NCBI GenBank assembly: GCA_963793305.1
Contig: CAWBZV010000005.1
Span: 864,001 to 928,000 of the forward strand
Source of the DNA: an uncultured Gemmatimonadales bacterium
Lineage (GTDB): Bacteria > Gemmatimonadota > Gemmatimonadetes > Gemmatimonadales > Gemmatimonadaceae
Direction of reading: 5' to 3'
Length of the DNA: 64,000 nucleotides
The notes under the pieces were generated by a model that searched no databases, was not told the origin of the DNA, and saw nothing but the letters and a program-made list of their open reading frames with translations. A program made the position numbers and the translations under genes. Numbering within the stretch: the stretch's first letter is position 1; each line of letters begins with the position of its first letter. This document shows positions 41,764-50,738 of the stretch, in pieces.

Positions 41764-42145
41764 TGTCCCCTCCGACTGCGGCCGAGAGCTCGCTCAGCGA
41801 ATCGTCGAAGTCGGCCTTCGCCTGCTGCCAGTCCGCGGACGTCGCGCGGAGCAAGGCACTGCCTTTCGTCACGACGGTCTCACGCGCGGCGCGAAGCCGA
41901 TCCGCTACCGGCGCGGTGCCGATGGCGTCAATGTGTCCCTGGAGCTCGTCGCGGTACTTCGCGATCAACGTCTGGATCTCGCCGAGCTTGACCTTGGCTT
42001 GATCCGCGGCGGACCCGGCCGCCACGCGGAGCGCTTGCTCCGTCATGACCCGATCGCCTTCCAGCCGCGCCATCTCCCGGCTGGTGGCGTCGAACGCTTG
42101 ACGCCGCGCCTTGAGCTGAGCGGACAGTGAATCACTTGTGTTCAT
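41756..42145 (-). CDS. Hypothetical coiled-coil protein
   Basis: AGGAGG Shine-Dalgarno, amphipathic helical sequence, overlaps start of the HdeD-like gene. Confidence 0.6.
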   Translation of the reverse strand: MNTSDSLSAQLKARRQAFDATSREMARLEGDRVMTEQALRVAAGSAADQAKVKLGEIQTLIAKYRDELQGHIDAIGTAPVADRLRAARETVVTKGSALLRATSADWQQAKADFDDSLSELSAAVGGDNA

Positions 42146-42235
42146 GCACCCTCCTGAGTTACGTGTGTCACGTACACATACTCAGGCTCGATCGCCAACG
42201 CGTAATACTTTTTTGCGATCACGGGTATGCTACCG

Positions 42236-43135
42236 TCAGGCCAGCCCCTCGACGATGCGGCGGAAGATGCGCGTCCGCGCCGATCGGTCATCCGTGCGCG
42301 ACACGAGCTGCGTCTCCAACGGGATCGCAACATCGGTGAGCGGCACATAGCGAACCGTCGGCGGTATCGCCGGCCGCGCCGTGGTGGGCAGCAACGCCCA
42401 TCCATAGCCGCTCCCCACGAGCGCGAACGCGGTCGCGGAGCTGATATCCACCTGACCAATGGCGGGAATCAACCGCGGCGTAAAGCCGACTTGATGAAAC
42501 GCGCCGAGAATACGATCGAACATCGTCGGGTGCACGGCCCGGTCGTACCACATGAAATCATACGGTTCGAGGTCCACCGCCGAGATCTTGGCGCGCCGTG
42601 ACAGCGGATGGCCACGAGCGACGATCACGCCCGACATGTGGTCCTCCGTCACGGTCTCCATATTCACGTCTGACCGCGCCGGCTGCATCGCATAGCCGAT
42701 CCCGGCGTCGATGGCCCGAACCAACGTCGCCTCGACCATCGCGATCGACGCCATCGACTCCAGGTGGACCGCCACCTTCGGTGCCGCCTTCCGGTACCGC
42801 GCGAGCACGGTCCGAATCCACGCCGGGCGCAGCTCGGGGTTGACGACGCCCACGACCAATGGCCCGTCCTCGCTCTCTCTCGCATCACGCGCTCTCGCGA
42901 TCGCCGCCGTCGCCTCGGCCAGCGTCCGGCGCGCCCCTTCCATGAATCGCTCGCCGGCCTGCGTCAGGTGCACGCCGTGCGCGCTTCGCGCGAACAGGGT
43001 CACACCCAGCTCGCGCTCCAGATCCTGGATCGTGCGGCTGAGCGCCGACTGGGCCACGCGCAAGTGCTGCGCGGCGCGACGGACGCTACGTGCATCGGCA
43101 ACCGCGATGAACGCCCGCAGGTGGCGAATCTCCAT
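42236..43135 (-). CDS. LysR-family transcriptional regulator
   Basis: MEIRHLRAFIAVA...AQSALSRTIQDLERELGVTLFAR...LTQAG. Confidence 0.93.
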   Translation of the reverse strand: MEIRHLRAFIAVADARSVRRAAQHLRVAQSALSRTIQDLERELGVTLFARSAHGVHLTQAGERFMEGARRTLAEATAAIARARDARESEDGPLVVGVVNPELRPAWIRTVLARYRKAAPKVAVHLESMASIAMVEATLVRAIDAGIGYAMQPARSDVNMETVTEDHMSGVIVARGHPLSRRAKISAVDLEPYDFMWYDRAVHPTMFDRILGAFHQVGFTPRLIPAIGQVDISSATAFALVGSGYGWALLPTTARPAIPPTVRYVPLTDVAIPLETQLVSRTDDRSARTRIFRRIVEGLA

Positions 43136-43156
43136 AGCGCGATAATATGTTGCATT

Positions 43157-43402
43157 ATGGCAGATGAGGATATGCGGGCGGAGCTGGAGCGGCTGCGCAA
43201 GGAAAACGAGTCCCTCAAGAAGGGCGCGGCCAAAGGGGTCTCACTCAAGGTCAGTGAGAAGGGCGGGGTCTCGGTCTACGGGCTGGGGCGCTTTCCCATT
43301 ACCCTGTACAAGGAACAGTGGGCCAAGCTCCTCGACATGGCCGAGGACATCCGGGCGTTCATCGCGACGCACGACAAGGAGCTGAAAACGAAGGGGCAGT
43401 GA
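43157..43402 (+). CDS. Small conserved hypothetical protein
   Basis: Coiled coil followed by KVSEKGGVSVYGLGRFPITLYKEQW; GC-rich third positions. Confidence 0.75.
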   Translation: MADEDMRAELERLRKENESLKKGAAKGVSLKVSEKGGVSVYGLGRFPITLYKEQWAKLLDMAEDIRAFIATHDKELKTKGQ

Positions 43403-43406
43403 CGCC

Positions 43407-45542
43407 TCACGGGGCGATCCGGTGAACGCACTTGATAGTCAATGTCGCTGTCAGCGGCCGATCGATCGCCCGCCCATCCGGGAACCGAAACCGGGATAAT
43501 GGGTCCGTCGTGTAACCGGAGTTCCAGACGACGTAGATGTCGTCCCCGATGATCGGCGTCCAATGAAACCGAAGGTCGAAATCGGTGCGATTGAGCGCGT
43601 TGTCGTACTGGGCGAAGCCGAGGAAGTCCGCGACCGTCGTGAACGCGTACTCCAATCGCGCCGTCGACTGGATAGCCGCGAAGTGACCGACCGGGAGTGA
43701 GACCTCCGTCCGTGTGACCCCTCCGCCCAGGATGAGATGACCGCCCGAGCGCCAGGTCACGCCACCGTCGGTCTCGGTACTGTGCCCGTTGTAGAACGTT
43801 CCCGTTGACACGAACGCGAATCCGCTGATCGGCCGGCCGAGGGATGTCTGGTACTGCGCCCCAACTTGGGTCCACCAGTAGTCGCCGGCCCGAATCGTGA
43901 CGCCGCGAAACACGGTGAACGTGTCCGGTGGCGCGTCCATAAACCGCTGCACGGTCCAATAGAACTGGTCGCCGTTGTCGAGGGTCCCGCCCACCGGATG
44001 CCACTCGATGAGGGCGTTCTGCCAGCCCTTGCCATCGTGGTTCAAATAGATATCCCATGACGGGATCTGGAAATCGAATTGCCTGATGCCGAGCACGTGG
44101 GGTCGCGGCATGAAATCGATGTGCCCGTCGAGCTCCAAGGCGTCCGTGCGGCGAACAAAGCCGAGCGTCGGCGCGAACCCGGAATCGTACTGGGCGACCG
44201 AGATGTTGTTGTCGAAGAGATCGTTCGGAAAGTCGGTTCCGATTCTCCAGGCGGCTCTCGTCCCCGCCGTGTCGGGTGTCTGCGTTCCCGCGACCCAAAA
44301 CTGCGGCTCGATATTCTGATTGCCGATTTTGAGAGGAAAATCTCCATCGATGCCCGCCGCCACATCGCTGCCGTGCACGCTCGAACCGGTGCGAGCCGTG
44401 ACGATCGCCCCAATGTACGAGCGATCGAACACGTCGCGCTTGATGCGCACGACGGCATCGTTCGCGTCATCGATCCCGCCGGTCCGCGTGTCGAGTACGC
44501 CCAGGGTCCACGATCCCGCTTTGCCCGTGAGGCGCGCCCCGGCCAGGATGGGTACGACGGCGCCGGAATCCGTGAGGCCGATGCGCCGCGAGTAGAAGAG
44601 CAGGGCGTGATCGTTGCCGAAGTCGAAGATGCCGCTCGATTCGAGGAAGAACGTGCGCTTCTCGGGGAAGAACGTCGGAAAGCGCGTGAGATTGATCACC
44701 TGGCTGTCGACTTCGACCTGCGCGAAGTCGGTATTGACGGTGAGGTCCGCCGTCATCGTTCCTGACACCGCGAGCTTGGCGTCGACCCCCACTTTCCCGG
44801 CGCCGCCCGCGCCGCCGATACGGTCGCCGACCGAATCGTGCGGCGCCTGAAATGCGTCCGCCAGCACGTAGGGCAGGATCTCGATGTCGCGCGTGCGACT
44901 CACGCCATCGAGTCCCGTGAGCTCGCCCTCGCCGTCGAGTTGATACAGGCCTTGGGTTCGTCTCCACCCGGACCACAGATCTTCTTCGTTTCGCCGACGG
45001 ATGAACCGCCGCACGTTGAACCCGAACGCCGCGGTCGCGCCCGCCGTGAAGCGCAAGGTCCGGAATGGAATGCGAAAGATGGCCGTCCACCCGGTCGAGT
45101 CTTTGCTGGTCGTCACGGTCCAGATCCCGTTCCAATCCTGGTTGACGTTGTCGCCTTCGGTGATCTGCGCATCCCAGCGCGCGCCGTTGGGGTTGGTCTG
45201 GAAAAGCCAGCCGCCACGCCGGTCGTGGAAACTGTCGATCAGGATCGTCAGGTTGTCGTCGGCCGAGAGATCGGCATCGCGTCGAAGCTGGGTGGCCCTG
45301 ATGGCGCTCGCGTGCTGATCCCAGGCCCGAACGGCGACGTACAGCGCGTCATGATCCCGCAGGATTCTGACGACTGTGCGCTCGCTCGCGGGCGCCCCTT
45401 CCACCGGGTCGCGCTGCCGAAAATCGATTATCGAGTCGGCCGTGGCCCAGGCCGCGGAGTCGACCGTCGCCACGGCGCGCACGCCGATGGTGGCCGAGTC
45501 GCCAGCGCTCACGAAGAGCGCAACACTGAGTAGACATATCAT
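43407..45542 (-). CDS. DUF5916 / CBM9-like outer membrane protein
   Basis: Signal peptide, N-terminal sugar-binding-like domain, TVNTDFAQVEVD, NLTRFPTFFPEKRTFFLE, FYSRRIG. Confidence 0.82.
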   Translation of the reverse strand: MICLLSVALFVSAGDSATIGVRAVATVDSAAWATADSIIDFRQRDPVEGAPASERTVVRILRDHDALYVAVRAWDQHASAIRATQLRRDADLSADDNLTILIDSFHDRRGGWLFQTNPNGARWDAQITEGDNVNQDWNGIWTVTTSKDSTGWTAIFRIPFRTLRFTAGATAAFGFNVRRFIRRRNEEDLWSGWRRTQGLYQLDGEGELTGLDGVSRTRDIEILPYVLADAFQAPHDSVGDRIGGAGGAGKVGVDAKLAVSGTMTADLTVNTDFAQVEVDSQVINLTRFPTFFPEKRTFFLESSGIFDFGNDHALLFYSRRIGLTDSGAVVPILAGARLTGKAGSWTLGVLDTRTGGIDDANDAVVRIKRDVFDRSYIGAIVTARTGSSVHGSDVAAGIDGDFPLKIGNQNIEPQFWVAGTQTPDTAGTRAAWRIGTDFPNDLFDNNISVAQYDSGFAPTLGFVRRTDALELDGHIDFMPRPHVLGIRQFDFQIPSWDIYLNHDGKGWQNALIEWHPVGGTLDNGDQFYWTVQRFMDAPPDTFTVFRGVTIRAGDYWWTQVGAQYQTSLGRPISGFAFVSTGTFYNGHSTETDGGVTWRSGGHLILGGGVTRTEVSLPVGHFAAIQSTARLEYAFTTVADFLGFAQYDNALNRTDFDLRFHWTPIIGDDIYVVWNSGYTTDPLSRFRFPDGRAIDRPLTATLTIKCVHRIAP

Positions 45543-45577
45543 GCTAGTTATCTAGCATACAGCTAGAAAACTAGCAT
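45541..45577. promoter_or_regulatory. Tandem GCTAG-N4-CTAGC palindromes at the start of the DUF5916 gene
   Basis: ATGCTAG-TTAT-CTAGCAT and GCTAG-AAAA-CTAGC, 19 bp apart. Confidence 0.6.
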
Positions 45578-45584
45578 CGTTGGC

Positions 45585-46292
45585 TTACGGCACGGTTACA
45601 GCGATGATCCCCGCAAATTGACCATCCGTACCTGGCCGATCCGGCGCCACGTAGAACTGCGAGATGGCGCCATCGAGATAGAGGGCATCCGGGCAGTGGA
45701 GCGCATCGCGAAAAATCGCCGCGAACGTGTAGAGATTGACAGGGTCACGCGCCATGGCAAACACAATAGTCCCATCGCTGCGTACCCCGACGCCGTTCCG
45801 CACGTACTTGGACAGGCCCGCGGGGTTGAACGCCGGATGGATGCGACCGCCAGACACAAGCAGCGGCCCGGATTGCACGGCGAGATCCGGTGTCACTGCG
45901 AGAGCAGGGTAGGCGTCCGACTCTACGATTGCCGCCCGGCCCTTCGTCACGTAGAACACACCGTTCGGTTTCAGATAGAAATTGGGCGGCGGATCGGCGG
46001 TCGAGTCCCGGGTATTGAGTGGGACCAGCATGTGGCGTTTCTGGACGAAGAGGCCGAGCGGGACCTGCCCGACCGCGAAGATCCCGCCATTCGTCGCGAA
46101 CGCCAGGTGCCGCCCGTGCGAGCGCACGATCGAGTCGAGTCGAGCGAATGAACCTATTGGCCGCCCACTGGCATCGCGCCAGTAGAGTTCGACGTCGTCG
46201 CGTCCTATACTGAACTCGCAGACCGATACCTGCACACCGCCGACGTCCCGCGTAGTGCACAACCCAACCAGTGCCGCGATCGCCAAAATCAT
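45585..46292 (-). CDS. Phosphodiester glycosidase family protein (YigE/DUF2233-like)
   Basis: FATNGG, NFYLKPNGVF, QSGPLL, RNGVG, ALYLDG. Confidence 0.85.
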   Translation of the reverse strand: MILAIAALVGLCTTRDVGGVQVSVCEFSIGRDDVELYWRDASGRPIGSFARLDSIVRSHGRHLAFATNGGIFAVGQVPLGLFVQKRHMLVPLNTRDSTADPPPNFYLKPNGVFYVTKGRAAIVESDAYPALAVTPDLAVQSGPLLVSGGRIHPAFNPAGLSKYVRNGVGVRSDGTIVFAMARDPVNLYTFAAIFRDALHCPDALYLDGAISQFYVAPDRPGTDGQFAGIIAVTVP

Positions 46293-46655
46293 ATGAGAGC
46301 CTTTCTGATCCCAGCTGCGCTATTGGTCATATCCAACACGTTCATGACGTTCGCCTGGTACGGCCACCTGAAATACGAGAAGACGGCCTTGTGGATCGTG
46401 ATCCTCGTGAGCTGGGGCATCGCGTTCTTCGAGTACTGCTTTCAGGTACCCGCCAATCGCATCGGCAACATCGCGGGTACCTCGGCCGGCCAGCTCAAAA
46501 TCATGCAAGAGGCGATCACCTTGGTCGTGTTCGCCGTCTTCGCCCGCCTCTACCTGGGCGAGCGACTCACCTGGAACTACTACGCCGCCTTTGTGCTGAT
46601 CTTCGGCGCAGTATGCCTCGTCTTTATTCCGGCGTCCAGTGTGGGTGGCTCGTGA
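46293..46655 (+). CDS. DMT-family small membrane protein (DUF486-like)
   Basis: SNTFMTFAWYGHLK, SWGIAFFEYCFQVPANRIG, QLKIMQE. Confidence 0.85.
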   Translation: MRAFLIPAALLVISNTFMTFAWYGHLKYEKTALWIVILVSWGIAFFEYCFQVPANRIGNIAGTSAGQLKIMQEAITLVVFAVFARLYLGERLTWNYYAAFVLIFGAVCLVFIPASSVGGS

Positions 46656-47382
46656 ACAGACCGTCGACGATGCCGATCCGGTAGGCGATAAAAAGGCCGA
46701 AAGCGAGGCTGATCGCGCCGGACGCGACTCGGAGCCCACGGGGGCTGATCCACCCGAACGGCAAGCTGATGACCATCGTCATGAGCATCATCCCAACGAT
46801 GGTGCCGAGCCCGAAAATCAGCAGATAGAATACCGCCAGACCGGGATCGTGAATCGTCGTCAGCACGAGCAACGCGACGGCGGCCGATCCGGCAAGACCG
46901 TGCACGATCCCGACCATCAGGGGTCGGACGTACCGATAGGCGCCCAGCGCGCCGAAGTGCCGGTCGAGCCAGCCGAGTGGCGTTGCTTCAGCCGCGTGCG
47001 AATGCGCTTCGGGCTCATGTCCGTGCACGTGCGTGTGCACATAGTCGCCATGCTCATGCGCATGTGCATGCACGTGTTTCGAGCGTGGAATGATGCCTCG
47101 AAGGTTCATGAACCCGAGTAGCACCAGCATCACACCGACGGTCCATTCCATGGAGAGCCCGAGGCGCGGTGGGATCACCCAGCCGAACACGATGATCCCG
47201 CTTCCGACCGCCAGTATCGTCAAGGTGTGCCCGACGCCCCATACCGCGCCGATGGCCGCGGCGCCGCCGACGGATCGTTGCCGCGTGATGATCGTCGTCA
47301 CCGCGATGACGTGGTCGGGGTCAGTGGCGTGGCGCATCCCCAAGAAGAATCCCAAGGACAGAACCGCCAGGAGCCCGGTCAC
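46624..47382 (-). CDS. High-affinity nickel transporter (NiCoT/UreH-like)
   Basis: GMRHATDPDH, WGVGHT, His-rich loop, GIVHGLAGS; last gene of the hydrogenase operon. Confidence 0.85.
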   Translation of the reverse strand: MTGLLAVLSLGFFLGMRHATDPDHVIAVTTIITRQRSVGGAAAIGAVWGVGHTLTILAVGSGIIVFGWVIPPRLGLSMEWTVGVMLVLLGFMNLRGIIPRSKHVHAHAHEHGDYVHTHVHGHEPEAHSHAAEATPLGWLDRHFGALGAYRYVRPLMVGIVHGLAGSAAVALLVLTTIHDPGLAVFYLLIFGLGTIVGMMLMTMVISLPFGWISPRGLRVASGAISLAFGLFIAYRIGIVDGLFTSHPHWTPE

Positions 47383-48038
47383 GGAATCGCCGCCTCCAGC
47401 AAGGCGACGAGCTCCCCCATGCCTTCGCCGGTCTTGGCCGAGACGGCCAATGTCCGCATGCCGGGCCGTACAGCCTGCACGTTGCGTTCGATGGCGTCCC
47501 GGTCGAACTCCACGGCAAGGGCGAGGTCCATCTTCGTGATCACCGCGACGTCGGCGGTATTGAAGATCGTCGGATACTTGAGCGGCTTGTCTTCACCTTC
47601 GGTGACCGACAGGATCACGCAGCGCAGGTGCTCTCCCAGGTCATACGATGCGGGGCACACCAGGTTGCCCACGTTCTCGAGGAACAAGAAGTCGAGCTGG
47701 TCCAACGCCCATCCGTCAAGGGCTTGCTCGACCATCGCCGCATCGAGGTGGCAAATGGTACCCGTGGTGATCTGCCGGACTTGGGCGCCGCTCCGCGCCA
47801 GGCGTGCGGCGTCATTCTCGGTCGCCAGGTCGCCAACGAGCGCTGCCACCCGATATCGCCTGTGCAAGGTCGTCAGGATTCTCTCGAGCAACATCGTCTT
47901 TCCCGAGCCCGGGCTCGATACCAGACTGACGACAAAGACCCCGTTCTCCTGAAAGCGATCTCGCAATGCCCGCGCGAGGATATCGTTGTGCTTGAGGATA
48001 TTCTGCCGCACCTCGACCAGTCGCGGAGCCATGGTCAT
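47379..48038 (-). CDS. hypB: Hydrogenase nickel incorporation GTPase
   Basis: SSPGSGKT, CHLDA, ENVGNLVCPA, EGEDKPLKYP, TKMD. Confidence 0.95.
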   Translation of the reverse strand: MTMAPRLVEVRQNILKHNDILARALRDRFQENGVFVVSLVSSPGSGKTMLLERILTTLHRRYRVAALVGDLATENDAARLARSGAQVRQITTGTICHLDAAMVEQALDGWALDQLDFLFLENVGNLVCPASYDLGEHLRCVILSVTEGEDKPLKYPTIFNTADVAVITKMDLALAVEFDRDAIERNVQAVRPGMRTLAVSAKTGEGMGELVALLEAAIP

Positions 48039-48277
48039 GACTCGATCTCCAACGCCACGAGCTCCAGCTCCCGGCCGTCGGTATCCTCAATCACGAGACG
48101 TGAACCGGCAATCGGCGTGTCCTGGCATGCGATGTCGAACGAAAACGCCAACGCCTCCTTGGCGACACCAGCCAACTGGCCGATCTTCACATGCACGGCA
48201 CATACGCGCCCGCCCAGGCGCCCGCCTTCCTCCGTGGCGATTTCCACGAGGCTCACGGCTACGGACAATTCGTGCAT
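48035..48277 (-). CDS. hypA: Hydrogenase nickel metallochaperone, short form without Zn finger
   Basis: MHELS N-terminus, V.IGQLAGV..EAL.FSF, GREL C-terminus; no CxxC pairs. Confidence 0.85.
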   Translation of the reverse strand: MHELSVAVSLVEIATEEGGRLGGRVCAVHVKIGQLAGVAKEALAFSFDIACQDTPIAGSRLVIEDTDGRELELVALEIES

Positions 48278-50412
48278 TGCCCAAAGGCCGCGAGCGCGGC
48301 TTGGCCGAGGCTGATCCCGCCATCGTTCGGCGGAACGAGGTGGTTGGTCCACGCGCCCAACTCACCCTGCACAATCATATTTTGTAGGACACCACCCGAC
48401 GCCACCACGGTATCGACGTCGTGTGTGTCACACAGAGTCGCAATCGCGCCGCGCAGCCCACGAACGAACCCGGCGTGGAACGCCCGCGCAATCGCATTGA
48501 CATCGCGCCCACGTCCGCGATCCCTGACAACGCCGGCGAGCAGCGGCCGAAAATCCAGCTCGGCGCCGTCGAACGGAAAATCATACGGCGCGGTGTGACC
48601 TGATCTTCGCGCGCACTGCTCCAGCCAGATCGCCGCTTGCCCTTCGAACGAGATCGGCCGCATCCAGCCGAGGACCGCGGCGACTGTGTCGAATAGCCTT
48701 CCGGTGGAGGTGGTGGTGAACGTTCGTGTTCCGCTCCCGAGCACGGCGAGCGCGTCACGATATCGGTCGGAGTCGAGCTCGACATCGATCTGATGCAAGA
48801 ACCCGGCGGCCGCCTGCACGGGATGCCGCGCCGCCGCATCGCCGCCGACGAGCGCGGCTGGCCTGAGATGCGCGACGCGCTCGAACCCGCGCGCCACACT
48901 GCCGACGAAGATCTCGCCACCCCAGATAGTGCCGTCGTCGCCATACCCCGTGCCGTCGAGCGCCACACCGAGCACACGCCGTTCCCACTCGCCGCGCTCG
49001 GCGAGCACTGAGGCCACGTGTGCGCGATGATGCTGCACTCTCAGTGACACACCGCTCGCGGAGCGGTACTCCGGATGCGCGTCGCCGACGACGAGGGCCT
49101 CGGCGCGGTCCACACGGTACATCCGGAGGAGGTCATCGATCGTCTCGCGAAACGCGCGAAAGGATTGGTAGTCGTCGAGATCCCCAATGTGCTGACTCAC
49201 GAACGCTTGGCCATCGACCACCAGCGTGATCGTATTCTTGAGATCGGCGCCGAGCGCGAGAATCGGCCGGTCGGTCGGAATGGTCGCCACCGCCCCGGGC
49301 GCATACCCGCGACTCCGCCGCAGAATTATCGGCCCGGGACGCACCACGGAATCCTCGATCCGCCGCGCAATCGGCCGCTCGCCGACCAGAAACCCGTCCG
49401 CTATGCCGCTGAGCCGTTCGCGCGCCTCGCGGTCCTGATACGCAATCGGCTCGCTCGACCGATTGCCGCTCGTCATCACGAGCGCCGTCGGCGCGCCTGC
49501 CGCGAACAGCAGGTGATGCACCGGAGAGTACGGCAGCATGATCCCGAGCTCGTCGTTGTCGGGCGCGACACCCGGTAGCTTCACGGTGCCGGGCACGAGC
49601 ACGATGGGTCTGGCGCGACTGGTGAGCAACGCCACGGCCTCGTCGGATAACTCGGCCAGTCCTCTCGCCGCGTCCACGTCCCGCACCATGACCGCGAACG
49701 GCTTCTCCTTTCGGTATTTTCGCTCCCGCAACGCGACGACCGCGGCCGCGTTTCGTGCATCACATGTCAGGTGATACCCGCCAATCCCTTTGACCGCCAG
49801 AATCCATCCTTCCCGCAGCCGTTCGGCGGCGCCTGCAAGGTCATATTGCGGTCCGCACGCGGGGCAGCAAACGGGTTGCGCATGGAATCGCCGATTCGCA
49901 GGGTCATGGTATTCGTTTGCGCACAATGCATCCATCCGCCACATCGCCATCGTCGTGGCCGGGCGATCATACGGCAGCTCGCGCACAATCGAATACCGCG
50001 GTCCACAGTTCGTGCAATTAATGTACGGGTACAAAAACCGCGGATCGCCCGCATCGAACAACTCGCCAAGGCACGCGTCACACGTCGCCAAATCGGGGGA
50101 GATGGGAACGACCGGCGGATCGGGTCGCCGACTCTCCCGAATCTCGAAGTCGCCCAGTCCAGCAACATCGGCCGGTGCAACGTCGATGGCCGCAATCGCG
50201 GCCGCGGGCGGCGCATGCGCGCGCAGCGCGCCGAGAAACGTGTCGAGGTCATCGTGCGACCCTTCGAGGTGAATCTCCACGCCGTCCCCGGCGTTCAGCA
50301 CCCACCCGGCCAACGTGTGCTCATGCGCCAGTCGATAGACATACGGCCGAAAGCCGACCCCCTGCACGATGCCGCGCACGCGCACCGAGCACGCGCTCGT
50401 CACTCCGGTCAT
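48259..50412 (-). CDS. hypF: Carbamoyltransferase HypF
   Basis: VRGIVQGVGFRP, CDAC, INCTNCGPRY, RFHAQP.CCPACGP, KGIGGYHL, QHHRAH, DGTGYG, PNDGGISLGQ. Confidence 0.96.
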   Translation of the reverse strand: MTGVTSACSVRVRGIVQGVGFRPYVYRLAHEHTLAGWVLNAGDGVEIHLEGSHDDLDTFLGALRAHAPPAAAIAAIDVAPADVAGLGDFEIRESRRPDPPVVPISPDLATCDACLGELFDAGDPRFLYPYINCTNCGPRYSIVRELPYDRPATTMAMWRMDALCANEYHDPANRRFHAQPVCCPACGPQYDLAGAAERLREGWILAVKGIGGYHLTCDARNAAAVVALRERKYRKEKPFAVMVRDVDAARGLAELSDEAVALLTSRARPIVLVPGTVKLPGVAPDNDELGIMLPYSPVHHLLFAAGAPTALVMTSGNRSSEPIAYQDREARERLSGIADGFLVGERPIARRIEDSVVRPGPIILRRSRGYAPGAVATIPTDRPILALGADLKNTITLVVDGQAFVSQHIGDLDDYQSFRAFRETIDDLLRMYRVDRAEALVVGDAHPEYRSASGVSLRVQHHRAHVASVLAERGEWERRVLGVALDGTGYGDDGTIWGGEIFVGSVARGFERVAHLRPAALVGGDAAARHPVQAAAGFLHQIDVELDSDRYRDALAVLGSGTRTFTTTSTGRLFDTVAAVLGWMRPISFEGQAAIWLEQCARRSGHTAPYDFPFDGAELDFRPLLAGVVRDRGRGRDVNAIARAFHAGFVRGLRGAIATLCDTHDVDTVVASGGVLQNMIVQGELGAWTNHLVPPNDGGISLGQAALAAFGQCTNCP

Positions 50413-50738
50413 TCGCCGACCACACACCCACGGCCTTGCCAGCCGACTTGCACCACCGTGCCATCCTGCACGAGCACAGGCACAGTCCGCTCGGGGCCGG
50501 CGTACGAGCGCATGCGGTCCCGCGCTTGCGTGTCCGTCTCGACGTCGTACTCGGTAAACGCGACGCGCCGCATCTCCAGCCACTCCCGCATATCGCGCGT
50601 GTAGGGACACGTCGTCGTCCCGAACAGCTCTAGCCGCGCTGCGCTGCGGCTAGAGCTTCGCTTCGAGGCGTCGCTCCGCTCCGCACGAAGCGGGTCGGTT
50701 GGACAGATCTCGGCTGCGCCTCGATCAGGCGTTGGCAC
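50409..50738 (-). CDS. Glutaredoxin-like protein with N-terminal extension
   Basis: CPYT, EYDVE, RTVPVLV, C-terminal GWQGRGC; GTG start overlapping the end of the SIS gene (start uncertain). Confidence 0.75.
   Translation of the reverse strand: MPTPDRGAAEICPTDPLRAERSDASKRSSSRSAARLELFGTTTCPYTRDMREWLEMRRVAFTEYDVETDTQARDRMRSYAGPERTVPVLVQDGTVVQVGWQGRGCVVGE
50627..50692. repeat. Compound palindromic (REP-like) element
   Basis: AGCTCTAGCCGC-N8-GCGGCTAGAGCT followed by a GCTTCG...CGAAGC stem. Confidence 0.5.

Noticed and set aside
42205..42219. LysR T-N11-A box upstream of the HdeD-like operon
   Set aside because: The motif is too degenerate to support without comparative data
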